This document shows, one piece after another, positions 1 through 44,075 of a DNA stretch of 64,000 nt. The position numbers and the translations under genes were made by a program. This DNA is from Podarcis filfolensis (taxonomy: Eukaryota). The notes beneath the pieces were generated by a model. That model saw only the letters and a program-made list of their open reading frames with translations, did no database searches and was not told the origin of the DNA. Within the stretch, counting starts at the first letter, position 1. Each line of letters opens with the position of its first letter. The stretch lies in assembly GCA_964270895.1 (NCBI GenBank), contig OZ185441.1. One strand, 5' to 3'.

Positions 1-184
1 AGTAATGCTATTCAAGGGAAGAATTTTAGAATATTAGGAGAGGGTGATAGTTGGGTCTGGCACTGTGGTAGCAGCTGCAGCACTACTCATTCTGGTGCAT
101 TGGGATACTGTGAAAAGTCCTAGACTATGTGGGAGGAAACCATACTGCAGCTGTTCCCATACCAGTGTCAATCCTTGGAGAACA

Positions 185-370
185 GGGGAAGCACTATAGC
201 TCAGTGATAGAGGCTCTGTTTGCATGCAGAATGTCTCAGGTTCGGTCCATGGCATCTATATGTAGGAATGAGTCCTGCCTGAAACCCCAGAGAGCCGCAT
301 CCAGTCAGTTTGGATGATACTGAGCTAGACAGACCACTGGTCTGGCTCAGTATAAGGCAGCTTCATAGGT
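185..370 (+). mobile_element. tRNA-derived SINE (Squam3 / Ther1-MIR related)
   Basis: tRNA-like head (tagctcagtgatagag ... ggttcggtcc), core cctgcctgaaaccc...gagccgc, tail gactggtctggctcagtataaggcagcttc; four further copies in the window. Confidence 0.7.
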
Positions 371-1192
371 TGAAAACTGGACTAATGTAATGGGAAGAGC
401 CATAGAATATGATCTTCCTGCATGATATGAGACTTCTTATGTCATAGGGCCCTTGCATTCAGTCATTTATGTGGTTAATCCAACAAATGTGGTTAATCCA
501 CACTTTCTAGTGCAAATAGCCCATCATTTATCCAACTGCAGAAAGGCCAATTAAAAAGGTGATGGGAAATTAAACTGGAAATTGCAGGATAGCAACCAAG
601 TGCTGATGATGTCTTATAACCTCTGTGTGAACGTAATAGCATGAATGCTCAGCTGGGAAGCTCCCAGAGACAGTAATAAGAATCTTAAGGGTAACTCTGC
701 AAATTAAGGCCAAAAGCCTAACTAGTCCAGCATGGTGTTTCTGACAGTGACCAAACAGATACCTATGGGAAGCAATCAAGAAGGATATGAGTGCAATAGC
801 CATCTTCTGCTGTTGTTCCCCAGTGGCTGATATTCAAATCATGCAAATATTGGTTGGTTTGTTCGTTAATAAAATATAATTATCTAATTCCTCACTTCTA
901 ATTTATAAACAAGGTCAAATAACTGTAGGATAAAACCTTACTGACTGGGAAATAAGTAGTGGGACTTACTCCTGAGGAAACAAGCATGGGATTACACTGA
1001 TAATTAGATCAAAGCAATTTATGATCTGACAATCTTGTATACTACTAATTTTGTTTTTGTGCCACCAGCACTGAAAACCTGGATGGGAACCATTAGACAG
1101 TTCTCCTACTTGACTTTTTACTTCACTACCACACCATACTATAGATTCTTTCTGCATAAACACATATAGACATTGACTGTCATGGTACTTAC

Positions 1193-33061
<31,869 letters not shown>

Positions 33062-34453
33062 TCATATACATTATTACTTTCTTAGTTTGCCTTACATTTT
33101 TGAGTTGTTTCATACACTCATTTCATAATGGCTCTGTATAATACACAATCCTTAACAGATTTAAAATACATTTATACCTGCTTGTCTACACATTTTTATA
33201 AAGCACAAAATTAGAGACAAAAATTAAAATGCATTGAAAAGTACATCCCAAGTGCAATACAGTCACACTGTTCGCTTGCATATAATTTACCACCCAATTA
33301 CGATTTAATGGGCCTCCAAACCAAATAAAACACTTGAAGCAATAGTTGAACCTACGCTCAACTGACAAGGAATGAGATATTCCTGATGTATGTGTTTACT
33401 CTGGCAAACTACTTAATTGTTCTTCTGTTTCCGTTGAAACAAATGCAGCATTAAAACATTATTATGTCTGCTCTCTTGTTTGCTTTGTGGATTACATAAA
33501 GCGTGCCCAATTGAAAAGGGATAAGGCCAATATACAGTGAATCCATACAGGCATTAGTATGCCTTAGCACTTTGCAGTACTTGAAGTGTCACTTAAAGTG
33601 AAACAAGAACAGAATCAGTGCAAATTGTCAATATTTTATAGAATATATTGCCTCTCTTGTATCTTAACTGTGCTTACGATTCCTGATCATAATAGCTTTT
33701 ATAATACTCAACTTCCATTAGATTTATACTGAATAGAAGATCTGCCTAATATAGTTAAGGGGCAATGTTCAAATAATGTACTCTAGAATAAGGGCCCTTC
33801 GGCATGAAGAAAGTTTTGGAACACTTGATTCATTTCTATGTAATGAAGTATCAGTTTGCATTAAGCCCAAAGTTTACAATATGCTAGCAAATTTTGCTTT
33901 CGTAATATTTTTGGATTAAATATTATCAGGAAAAGTTTGCACAGTATACTTGAAGTCCACCAAGTCAGTTTAACTTTGGTTGCAAAGCTGTGCACCTCCT
34001 TAAGAGTAAACCCCACTCAACTCAGTGGAATTTACTACCAAGCAAGTGTGCACAGAATTCCATTGCACATTTTCTAACATAATTATGTATTTTACTTTCC
34101 ACAGTTATATTGCTTTCACACTACAAATTTTCTCACTAATAATGCTCCATTTAAAAATTACCAGTTGGAGTCCTTTTAAATGCTAGACTACTGGTGTTAC
34201 TTTCATGACCAAATCCAAACAATTTTAAAATACACAGAAGTGTATACATGAATTATAAAACATTTTAGTGCTGAGTAGAACCTTCATTTAAAAGTGCATA
34301 TTTAAATTACTTCTCAAAGCAGTGAAACAATATTCTCCAGTTTAAAATGAACAACAATCAAATATCATTCATATGTCTTTCACATGGAGTAAAATAACTT
34401 CATTCTAAGTAGTTTTTTCCCCTACAGAAAGGCCACTTTGATCTTATCCTTAC

Positions 34454-34503
34454 CTGCAAATGGATGAAACAGCAACATCTGAACTGGTTTGGGATTTTTG
34501 CAC
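34454..34503 (-). CDS. EYA1: EYA1 exon 2 (50 nt): 5' UTR in the canonical isoform; coding (MLLFHPFA from ATG 34478) when exon 3 is skipped; also open in an EYA4-like frame
   Basis: ggtttgcag|GTGCAAAAATCCCAAACCAGTTCAGATGTTGCTGTTTCATCCATTTGCAG|gtaagg; MLLFHPFA corresponds to the MLLFPQVA start of the human exon-3-skipping isoform (recalled). Confidence 0.9.
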
Positions 34504-37289
34504 CTGCAAACCAGGGACACAAATAGAAGCCTCTGTTATTCTACGTTCATGTCAGGTCTTAATCTAACTAAACAAAGAAATCTTCCTGGGGATGGTAATG
34601 CTGTCTTTTAACCAAAAGAGAAGGAGGGGGTTACTGCTGCAGTGAAAGACATATTGTCTTTAAATTGAAGCCTCAACTGTTGTTTCCTCCAGCAGGTCTA
34701 TCCCCCCCCCCCTTGCCCATGTCATGGGGAAGGCAGCCAAATGACGGGATAGTGATTCATCACTGGCCTATGACAGCTGCACACTGGATTTCCCCTCCCC
34801 CAATCAACATGCAAAGCAGTCTTGCTAAGGTAGTTTAGGAAGAGGTGCCTGGGTAAGGTAGCTATTAACAGAGAAAATATATCTAGCAAAGGGAAGAAGC
34901 TCCCTAATGCTTTCCCCCAGCATCCTCTGAAGATCTTTCAGTTTTTGTTATCACTGGCTGAAACACAGCACCCTCCCACTCCTTTAACTCTTGACAGTCT
35001 CTTATCCTTATCATGTTAGTTTTCATCCCTCCCTCCTCCTTCCACTCCGTCATTTAAGTTTGCAAGTCCAGTTTCCAGCCAACTTTGAAGACTGCAAACT
35101 GACGCTGAAGGATTTAAAGTCAAATGCAATGCTATGCTCCTATAATTTGACTGAAAGTTCCAGAATGTTTATGTTTATCTAGGCCAGAAATTCCCCTTCC
35201 TCTTATCTGCACCTCTCCCCACAATCAAGTTAAACTAAAAAAGAAGAGCATACACTTCAGAATGAATGAATATGAGCAGTACGCAAAAATATATTTCTAA
35301 AATGAACTCCGTGGTCATGAATTGCTCTTTTGCATTCTCTGTGAATGTACACTCTTTGGACTAGGGTGGGCGAGAGATTCAATAATGTTTGAAATCTAGA
35401 CCCTCACTGGTTTAGTGCAGTGCTGCTGCATCTTATTAAAAAATGTGTAAGGTTGTGTTTAAATGAATAGCCTTTGATACCAGTTTCCACACTCACACAC
35501 ACACACACCCGCCAAAAAAGCCACTAACAACTGCCAGCAGGTGATAAAGCCCAGGTGAAGACTGGCTGCTGGCTTGAAAGCACAAACAAAACTTCCCCAG
35601 CAAGGACATACATTGTCTAAATGTCTGAATTCAGAATTCCACCCAACCTGAACTGACATCTCTTACATGATCACAGAACAAAGACAAGCAAGATGAGGCA
35701 TTTTAAGTGCCATAAAAGTCATCCAGGAAAATCTCACTTGTGTGCCTCTAGTTTTTGTTATTTTTAATCACAGACAAAATTACTACTTTAGCAGGAGTAC
35801 ACCACTCGTATAAGCAGCCAGACAACATATAATGTTACACACAATAGCAAAAAGCATGTACTAACACAGATAGGAAAACTGTAACTCTCCCCCCACCAAA
35901 GGTATTTAAAATGCTGCATAGTGTGCTTTTTAATAGACCATAGCAAACCAAATCAAACTGGAGTATGAAATGTGTATTTGCAACAGCTAAGACATTTTTT
36001 TAAAAAGGAAAATACAAAGGACCCAAGTGTAAGATGGAAACTTTTTACTCTTAACCCTAGACACTGCGGTGGAATGGCTTCAGGATATGTTCTCTCCTTG
36101 TACTTCTGTACACCTTTAATAAATTATAGGAGGGAATGATGCATACTTTACAGTTATCTCTTATTAACAGTATGGAGGGCCATTTAAATATAATAATTTT
36201 AATTGAACTTCTAGTAATATGTATTAATGTTTTGTATATTATTTTGCTGATGTTGTAGAATATAATTTGTCAATTACAGACAATGAACAAAAATTGTTCT
36301 GAAAATATTCTATTACCTCTGTCTTTAAATAACTACTAGTGTGTATATATATATATCTCATATGCTGCAGATATTAGCATATCTTTTTAAGATTCTGTAA
36401 GCTGTGAGAGTTCATATCCAAGACCTTCATTTTCATTCGTCATACTTCAGTTACAGTCCTTTTCCTATTAAGGATTATTTAAACCATGTGTTGTGTGTTA
36501 TGGTATTTAAAAATGATTCTTTAATCAAAATAACTTTAAAACTACTAATCCTTACTTAGATTGGTCAAGTGAATCCACATAGTGGTACAGGAAAAATAAA
36601 TCTACTCTCAAGAATGCAAATGCAGACAACAATTAGACACAGATGTTGGTGAAATTAGTTACAATTTACAAAATGCTACACTTTACATGCTTTCAGGTTT
36701 TTTTGCAGGATGTGAAATTACAGTGCAGTAAGTAACTGCACTTAGGATGCCCAGTTTTTGGAAAGCAACATATGTATGAATAGCGTTTCACCGTTACTGC
36801 TACTTTAATATGTCTGCATCTACTGTCATCTAATACAGCCTTACCAACAAAGTATATGGTCTTCTATGGCTCATTAATTATTACACAAGTAGGAAGATTA
36901 CAGCAATAATTAAAATCTACTCAAGAAAGAATACTTTAAAAATGGGAGGGAGAATTGCTACAATGAGCAAATGCCATGCGCAGGGACATCAGGCCAACAA
37001 TATTTTAAATAAAACTTATTGTTCCTTATGAAAAATCACATGATTACTACTTAGGAAGTGGCTTTAAAAGGCTAAAAAATGTTTGACTAACATTGCCTCT
37101 TAGTATTTCTAAAATGAAAAAGAAAGGATTGTGATGGCAAAGCTACTAGCATCTTAAATAACACCAAAATGACACTTAAGTATCTTAAAGCAGTAACGTC
37201 TAATTCTGATTAGTTAATGAGATCTTTTAATTTTGGGTTTTTTCTAATTAAATTTATAATTCTTCACAGATGTAGGTTTTGTTGATGTT

Positions 37290-37621
37290 NNNNNNNNNNN
37301 NNNNNNNNNNNNNNNNNNNNNNNNNNNNNNNNNNNNNNNNNNNNNNNNNNNNNNNNNNNNNNNNNNNNNNNNNNNNNNNNNNNNNNNNNNNNNNNNNNNN
37401 NNNNNNNNNNNNNNNNNNNNNNNNNNNNNNNNNNNNNNNNNNNNNNNNNNNNNNNNNNNNNNNNNNNNNNNNNNNNNNNNNNNNNNNNNNNNNNNNNNNN
37501 NNNNNNNNNNNNNNNNNNNNNNNNNNNNNNNNNNNNNNNNNNNNNNNNNNNNNNNNNNNNNNNNNNNNNNNNNNNNNNNNNNNNNNNNNNNNNNNNNNNN
37601 NNNNNNNNNNNNNNNNNNNNN
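37290..37621. other. Assembly gap (N run, 332 nt) in EYA1 intron 1
   Basis: Run of N. Confidence 1.
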
Positions 37622-39531
37622 TTCTAAATCTCAGCACCACAGAACAAATAAAATGTAGGTACTTGTCTAAATTATTGGTTTTCCAGACTTTTTTCACTTG
37701 CTAGAAGCAATTCTTATAAAATGACTATAATTTAGAACATTTCTTCCAGCTGAAAGAAAAAAATCAAAGTAAAAAATGCTATGCTTATTCAAACAAATAT
37801 AGCTCACATGTGAGTTAGTAACTTACTTTCAACCACAGTTGTGATCTAAACCAGAAATTGTAAAGACAATGGGAACTTTCTAATCATATTTTTTTATATC
37901 TGAAACTGCATTTTTCCCCGCAAAGTTAACGTCTTCAACATAAAACATTGACAAAAATGGAAATAAAAAAAATGAAGAAAACCACAATTCTTAACTTCAG
38001 TATTTTACAAAACCCTGCCAATCTTCAATAAGGGCTACCTCCAAATGCTAAAGTATTTAAATGCACTTTTTTAAACCATGTGCTTTAAAAAATGTAACCA
38101 TATTATTAAAACTAGATTAAATTAGTGCATCAATCCCCCAAACAGAATATTATAATGATAATCTCCCTAAATACATCTGAAATTTTGACATATCACTGAA
38201 ATTTAAAAACAGAAGACATATGTCGCTGTGACAATGCTTCTGAAACAACAAAAATGTAACTTTGAAGCTGCAATCTTAAAGTCTATTATTTTGTACACAA
38301 TGGTACTTACTTCCAAGTAAACATGCCCAGCATTGCATTGTATGTTGCACTTTGTGTAACAACTTTTTAGTTACTATTAAACATTCAACAAAACCCCACT
38401 CATTTGTTCCCTCTCATTTGGATCTGTGTTAACCCCTGCTGCGACCACCACAACTGAAACAATGGCTTGTTTTTTTAAAAAAAATCTGTCACTGTGCTGG
38501 GTTTTCAGCTTCCTAAAGCTAAAGATTGGTCATTAAGCAATAAAGCTGAACCTCAGGTAATGCCAAAATTCCATTAATATGTATTTTATACACACGCAGC
38601 GTCATGCATTTATGAAATCCATAATTCTCTTGAGGCTAGTACTGTAGAAAGAAACCTCCAAAAAACCTTAAAATGCAGACTCCAGAAAGTATGCATGAAG
38701 GGGAGGGGGAAGAGAGACAAAAAATAAAACAAAACAGTCACACACACACACACCATTCTGATGATCTAAAAAAATTATCCCTAAAGCTGACCATCTGGAC
38801 TTTCCTTTCATTAAAAGATAAACTTACATTTATTATCGGCTTTAAAAGTGACTTCTGCACTCACCCTCCCCATTAAAGTGCACCTAAAATTTGGGCTCGA
38901 GGGTAATTTTATATAATTTGATGGCTGGTTGTTGTTCTTGGGTTTTTTTAAAGAATATTTTGACGTTCATAAAACAGCTTCAAGAAAAACATTCTTATAA
39001 ATTTCGTGAGTAAGGAGATTCATAAACATGATGTAAAGTATGCTTGGGCTTTAAAGAGGTCGTTTCCTAATTTGAAGTGTTGAGTTTCCAGCAGTACCTA
39101 ACGTCATATATAATATTGTCAGGGAGCTGTTTATTTTGCCATTTTGATAAAGCCCTCCTTTAAGGTTCAGCAGAGCTTTGCCAGCATTTAAACATATTAA
39201 GCAGGATTTCCTGCTTCGGCAAGAGCTGTCAGTCTCTGCCATATGTCCCCCTTTCTCTGTTCTTCTGAATTCTTGTGCCTTTTAGCCAGGTCTATAAAAT
39301 TCATGGAATATATATATGATCACTCAGCATTGTGTTCTTTATTTTCAGTGACGCTCGAACACTTTAGAAAACCCAAACACAAGGCACAAAACGCAAATTG
39401 AACACAAATAAAGAGCTGAGAGACACGTAGCATCTGATTTGTGGGGAGGCTACGAAGCGAACCGGGAAACACAATTAACTGCAAAAAGTGACGTATATTA
39501 GATATTAATTAGAGGTGGGAATTGGGGGGGG

Positions 39532-39533
<2 letters not shown>

Positions 39534-39583
<50 letters not shown>
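39534..39583. repeat. (GA)n microsatellite preceded by a G-run, in EYA1 intron 1 near the donor
   Basis: Direct observation. Confidence 0.98.
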
Positions 39584-39586
<3 letters not shown>

Positions 39587-39784
39587 GTGCAGGAGATCCA
39601 GGCGTGGAAGATTACTGAGATTCTTGGAAAAGTACAAACTTGTTTTGCAAACAGGCCACGGACGAAGGTGCTTTTCGTCTGAAAGCAAAAACAAAAACAA
39701 AAAAGTGTCCTCTCCCTGTTTTGCAAGATGGGGCAGCTGTTGTCAAATCCATGCAGTTTTTGAAACAGCCGGGTTCGTACTTAC

Positions 39785-40480
39785 AGTGAACGGCTTTGCT
39801 GCATCCACCAAGTATTATGGGCTGCCTTCACGCTGGCGCTTAACTTAAAGCCCAACCAACCGTTGCTCACATAGTTTTGTTTTGGTTGTTGTTTTTTTAA
39901 AATTCCTAGGTGAAAAGCTCGCTCTCTCTACAGCCTGGTTTGGGCTTTAAAAAAAAAAAAAGTTTTTACTTTTTATTTTATTTTTTAAGTTCCCCCTCGA
40001 CCAGAAGCGCAGCTCAGTCTTGGAGGGAAAAATCCGAGTTGAGAGCAGAGGGTGGCTGAGGAGCGAGCGAGAGGCTGACTGGACTGACTGACTTCTGTTG
40101 CTGTTGCTGCTGCCGCCGCGGGCTGTGCCTGCCAAGCGAGTGTGTGTGTGAGGGAGAGAGAGGTGGGGTGGCTGTGGGGAGCGGAGCTGAGGGAGGGCGC
40201 TGTGTCTTCGGCGAAGAAATTGAAAACAGCCACCGAGGGCTTTCCCAGGAAGGCTTAAAGTCGGAAGTGGCACCGAGGGGCCCGTCTCCGGCAGCGGCAG
40301 CACCCAGCTCTGAGGAGGACGCCGCCGCCGCTCCGAAATTCCCGCTCAAACGCCGCTTCGGGAAGGAGCCGCGGCGCGCGCGCTCTCTCTCTCTCCCGCT
40401 CGGCTCCTCAGCGAAGGCGGCCGGAGATATTATCTGTGGGGAGGCTGAGCAGACAAAGGAGCGGCAGCCCAATCTTCATC
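39785..40480 (-). other. EYA1: EYA1 exon 1 (5' UTR); 3' end at donor 39785, 5' end approximate
   Basis: Strong donor TTCACT|gtaagt at 39785, 5.3 kb upstream of exon 2; GC-rich; no minus-strand ATG between 39873 and 40476; TATAAAA at 40511-40505. The TSS position is inferred, not observed. Confidence 0.7.
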
Positions 40481-40552
40481 TCTTCCCCCTCTCCATATAG
40501 GTGGTTTTATATTTTATTTTTTTGCCCAGTCTTGTAGGTCTGCCTCGAGGCT

Positions 40553-40583
<31 letters not shown>

Positions 40584-41230
40584 GTCTCTCTCTCTCCTTC
40601 TCCCCCTCCTTCTCCCCCTTTTGTTTATTTGTAATGCAAACCACAGCTATTCTCTTGTCCTTAAAAAATAAATAAATGCTAACACAATCGAACCGAGAGA
40701 GCCCTGGGCTGGCTTGCCTCAGAGGCAAACCTTTGCTGGCGAGCAGTTTGGGTATGCAAATGAAGGATCCCGCGGTATGTGAATAAACAGCTGTGGGGGA
40801 AGAATGCGGCCCGAGCGCGCCCTGTCAAGAAGCGCGCGGGATTTCTCGCTCTCTCTCTCTCTCCCTCTCTCTCTCTTTGCTGCTGCTTCTGAGGCACCAT
40901 CACCACCAAACCATTTATAGCTTCGGAGAAGAGGCACGGGAAAGCCAGTTCTCCACCTTCCGAGCAAGAGAGAGCATAATTAGCTTTTCTCAGCCGAGAG
41001 CCTTGGGGGATATTGGCGGGGGGGCGGATTTAAGCCCCTCTGAACGGGGCAGTTTCTTTTAAGTGAGGTTTCTTACGAGAAGCCCGAAGCGGACGACAAA
41101 ACGCGGGATCCAGCCGGGAGAAGCTCCATAAGGAAGGGGACGATCGAGTCCACTCTTTACAAAAATAATAATAATAATATCACGCAACATTCACGTCTGA
41201 ACTTGACTTGGGCGCGCGTAGCAGATTCGT
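39990..41230. promoter_or_regulatory. CpG island / EYA1 proximal promoter
   Basis: Only CpG-dense stretch in the window (gccgccgccg, gcggcgcgcg, gcgcgcggg). Minus-strand TATAAAA 40511-40505, octamer ATGCAAAT 40754-40761, CCAAT (plus ATTGG 41012-41016) next to GC box GGGGCGGA 41021-41028; flanked by GA/CT tracts. Confidence 0.85.
40551..40620. repeat. (CT)n polypyrimidine tract in the promoter
   Basis: Direct observation; a second tract lies at about 40845-40876. Confidence 0.95.
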
Positions 41231-42669
41231 CCTCTGCTGCGTAAGGAAAGGGGCAAAAATATCCACATAAAAAGTCAGTTCAGAAATATTTAACCTACAC
41301 TAAACCCTGCCCTGTGCCAACATCAAGCAATCTGACACGATAACCACAAACCTTTCAACAGTTCATAATGTGCAGATACAAATGATGGTGGGCAAAATGA
41401 ATCATTTAAACACACTTCGACTTGGATTTCATTTTTAGAGCAATTGCACCTCATCCTTATTCATACTTGGTGGTGCACAGTGTCTTTTTACATTAATTGT
41501 GTTTTTATCTGTCCTTTGTGTACATAAAAACTCAAGCTAGGAAAGAATCTAGTGGGAATATTTTTGGTAACTGATGTCTTTTTAAAAAGAATGATATTTT
41601 AATACAATTACCGTTCTTCAAAAAATCGAACTACACATCACCAGAGAAGCAGTGCCCCCCACCCACAATAACAGAGTTATCCTGAGCTATTTAAACCAAT
41701 CTCACCATAAGATATACATTTATAAATAAGCACAGCCTCCTCCACAATACAAATAATTTTCTCACAAGGAGATAAACACTGTGAATTGTACACATAACTT
41801 ACTTATTCAAGTTCAAATGCCCTAGCTGGTTTCCGACTCACATTCATAATTTTGTTTCAGACTCTGTTATCATATATTGAGTATAGCCTTACCTTCCATT
41901 AACAAACTTTGTGATTGAAAACAACTCTCATAAATAGAAAATACCTTCTGGCTGCAATGTCCAGCTGATACACATTCTGAAGAAAATCTATCAATAAAAC
42001 TTTCCACCAAGCAAAAAAGTTGTGCCTAACAGTCTTAAGCTGATACACCAAGGGTCTCCATTTGCTTAGCGCTGGCAAAAAAATAAAAAATCATGGGATA
42101 GACACCTACCATATATGGAAGGTTAAGGTCAAAATCCACATATTTCTACTGGATCTGTTAATGGAGCCAGTATAAACAGAGATGCTTGCCTTCTTTATAT
42201 CGCTTAAACGTCATACTCAAAGTGTTCTTTATAATGGTTCATTAAACTGCACTAGAAATAGATTTATTTGCAATATTTTAATTTTATTAGGCAAGATTTT
42301 ACTAAAATGAAATCCTTATACTTACTGTGACACAAGGAATAGCCATTGCTTTGGGCTTTATTTTCATTCTAAGCAATCTGTTAAAAGAATATGTTATTGA
42401 TGTTTATCAGCATAAATTTGTTTCTCCAGCACACTGTTAAAATGAAAACATTAGAAAAGTTGGTACACATTGTATGTAGATACCTATTAAACCTTGCTTT
42501 CTTCCCCAGAAACACACAACTGCTGGAAATAATTTTGCAAATATGCAAAGAATAAAAAAGTGAGGCAATGTACCAACCCTGATATATTTCTACTATACAA
42601 ATACAATACTAACCCAGTCTCTCCCCCCCCCCGCCCCCGCCAAAGATACAGTTTTATTAACTACATTAA

Positions 42670-42755
42670 GGCTACAAGCCTACATACACTTACATGGGAG
42701 TAAGTTTTATTGAACTCAGTGGGGCTTACTTCTGAGTAGTCATGTATCAAATTGC
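42670..42755. repeat. About 85-bp imperfect-palindrome interspersed repeat (representative copy; at least 10 in window)
   Basis: Consensus gcaatccta..cacttacctgggagtaagcccc.ttgaactcagtgggacttacttctgagtagacatg..taggattgc; approximate copies at 2672-2743, 7286-7370, 15963-16042, 16333-16417, 16684-16750, 25538-25616, 33979-34062, 38267-38337, 46327-46412, 62229-62318. Confidence 0.75.
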
Positions 42756-43739
42756 TCTTTCATAAGTTTTACAATAGATACTAAAGCAATTGCTTTCCAT
42801 GCTTAAATTTTGTGTTGAAATCATTTGAAGGTTACACGATGAATTCAGTCTGAATGTATCCAATGTCAAAATCATTTATACTCAAATATGTATTTACAGT
42901 GGTTGACAGACAAGTAGCTAATTTTATGTACCAGATAGATATATTCAAGTCTGGAAAGACTAATCTACCTTGGATTTGCAAGAGATTCATTGGTGAACAT
43001 TTTAATAATCCTTTAGTAAAGCATTCATTCATACTTCATACAGTGAGTAGAGATATAAAGGATCATAGCTTTGTAGGTCTGTGTTAAACTCCTGATCTGA
43101 CTATTTGTATATAATTATTTGACAAAATGCCAGTAGAATCTGAAAAAATACCTGTTTCAGCATAAGCATTCCTTTTTAAATGTAATTTACAAACCACAGA
43201 TTTGCTATTGGAGGCCAATTTTTCAGCAAGGGTAAAATAAGCTCTGTTTGATTTCACTATGAGCCTTATTTATATTATCTGAAGCGCCCTTCTTGACTTT
43301 ATATGAGCAGATTCCTGGGTTCTGCATAGGGAAGTGTGTTGATTTTCATACATTGTTTCTGCTCTTAATGTCACCAAGGTCCAATCAACCCTCTCCAATT
43401 CACAGTTCTTGCATGCAACTTATCTGGCACTAAATTATATTAATATCAGTAGGACTTAATCCAACACATGCATTTGAGATCAAGGTGTTGGACAATGATC
43501 CTGAAACTTTATAGCCTGTGATCCCAAGCAAGGACATGCTCTTCTACTAATATCAATGGAAATTATTTCTTTCTATGCCTTTTAAGCTTGAGAAGTCTGA
43601 AAAAAGCATTCTAAAATCCCACTGATATGCTTACTATTTATTTGTCTAATAAATTTTCAGACATGTTACTGGAGAAGACTCCTCCTGAGGAGACATAGCT
43701 GGGGTTTTGTTTTGTTTTGTTAAAAAAATACAAAATACA

Positions 43740-44075
43740 ATAAAGCAATAAAAAAGTCAAATGGTGTCAATTTTTTTTAAACCACCCTCCAATTCAGAAA
43801 TTTCCAAAGCAGTTCACAATAACTCATAAGACATAGTAAAATAACATTAATCAATAAATATAGCAGAGAAAAAGTTTTTTAAAATTCAAATCACATGCCA
43901 ACTGCTGGTTTGAACTAGAAGTTTTCACCTGACTCTTAAAAATCTACAGGGAAGAACTCTAGCAGGCTCCTCTAGGAAAGGAAAGCATAGAGCAGGCCCC
44001 ACAACCAAGAAGGCCCTGTTGTATGTCCTTCCCACCCAACAGACACAGAAGTTGGTCCTCTCCTGCAAATCTCAG
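43740..44075 (-). mobile_element. L2-type LINE 3' fragment
   Basis: Reversed tail (ccaccctcc...ttccaaagcagttcacaat) and gttttcacctgactcttaaa...aaggccctg segment. Confidence 0.5.

Noticed and set aside
185-260. tRNA-like sequences here and at 50740-50819
   Set aside because: These are SINE heads with degenerate A/B boxes continuing into SINE bodies; no complete cloverleaf.
1-1192. Search for EYA1 exon 12 (DPPTSVSLGLRMEEMIF...)
   Set aside because: No matching sequence; the gene continues beyond the window edge.
37254-37704. ORFs of 141-147 aa, and likewise 59006-59212
   Set aside because: Artefacts of translating N runs.
39947-41062. Several 80-150 aa ORFs over the CpG island
   Set aside because: Low-complexity products of GC-rich UTR and GA repeats; most start at non-ATG codons, have no recognisable domain and overlap on both strands.
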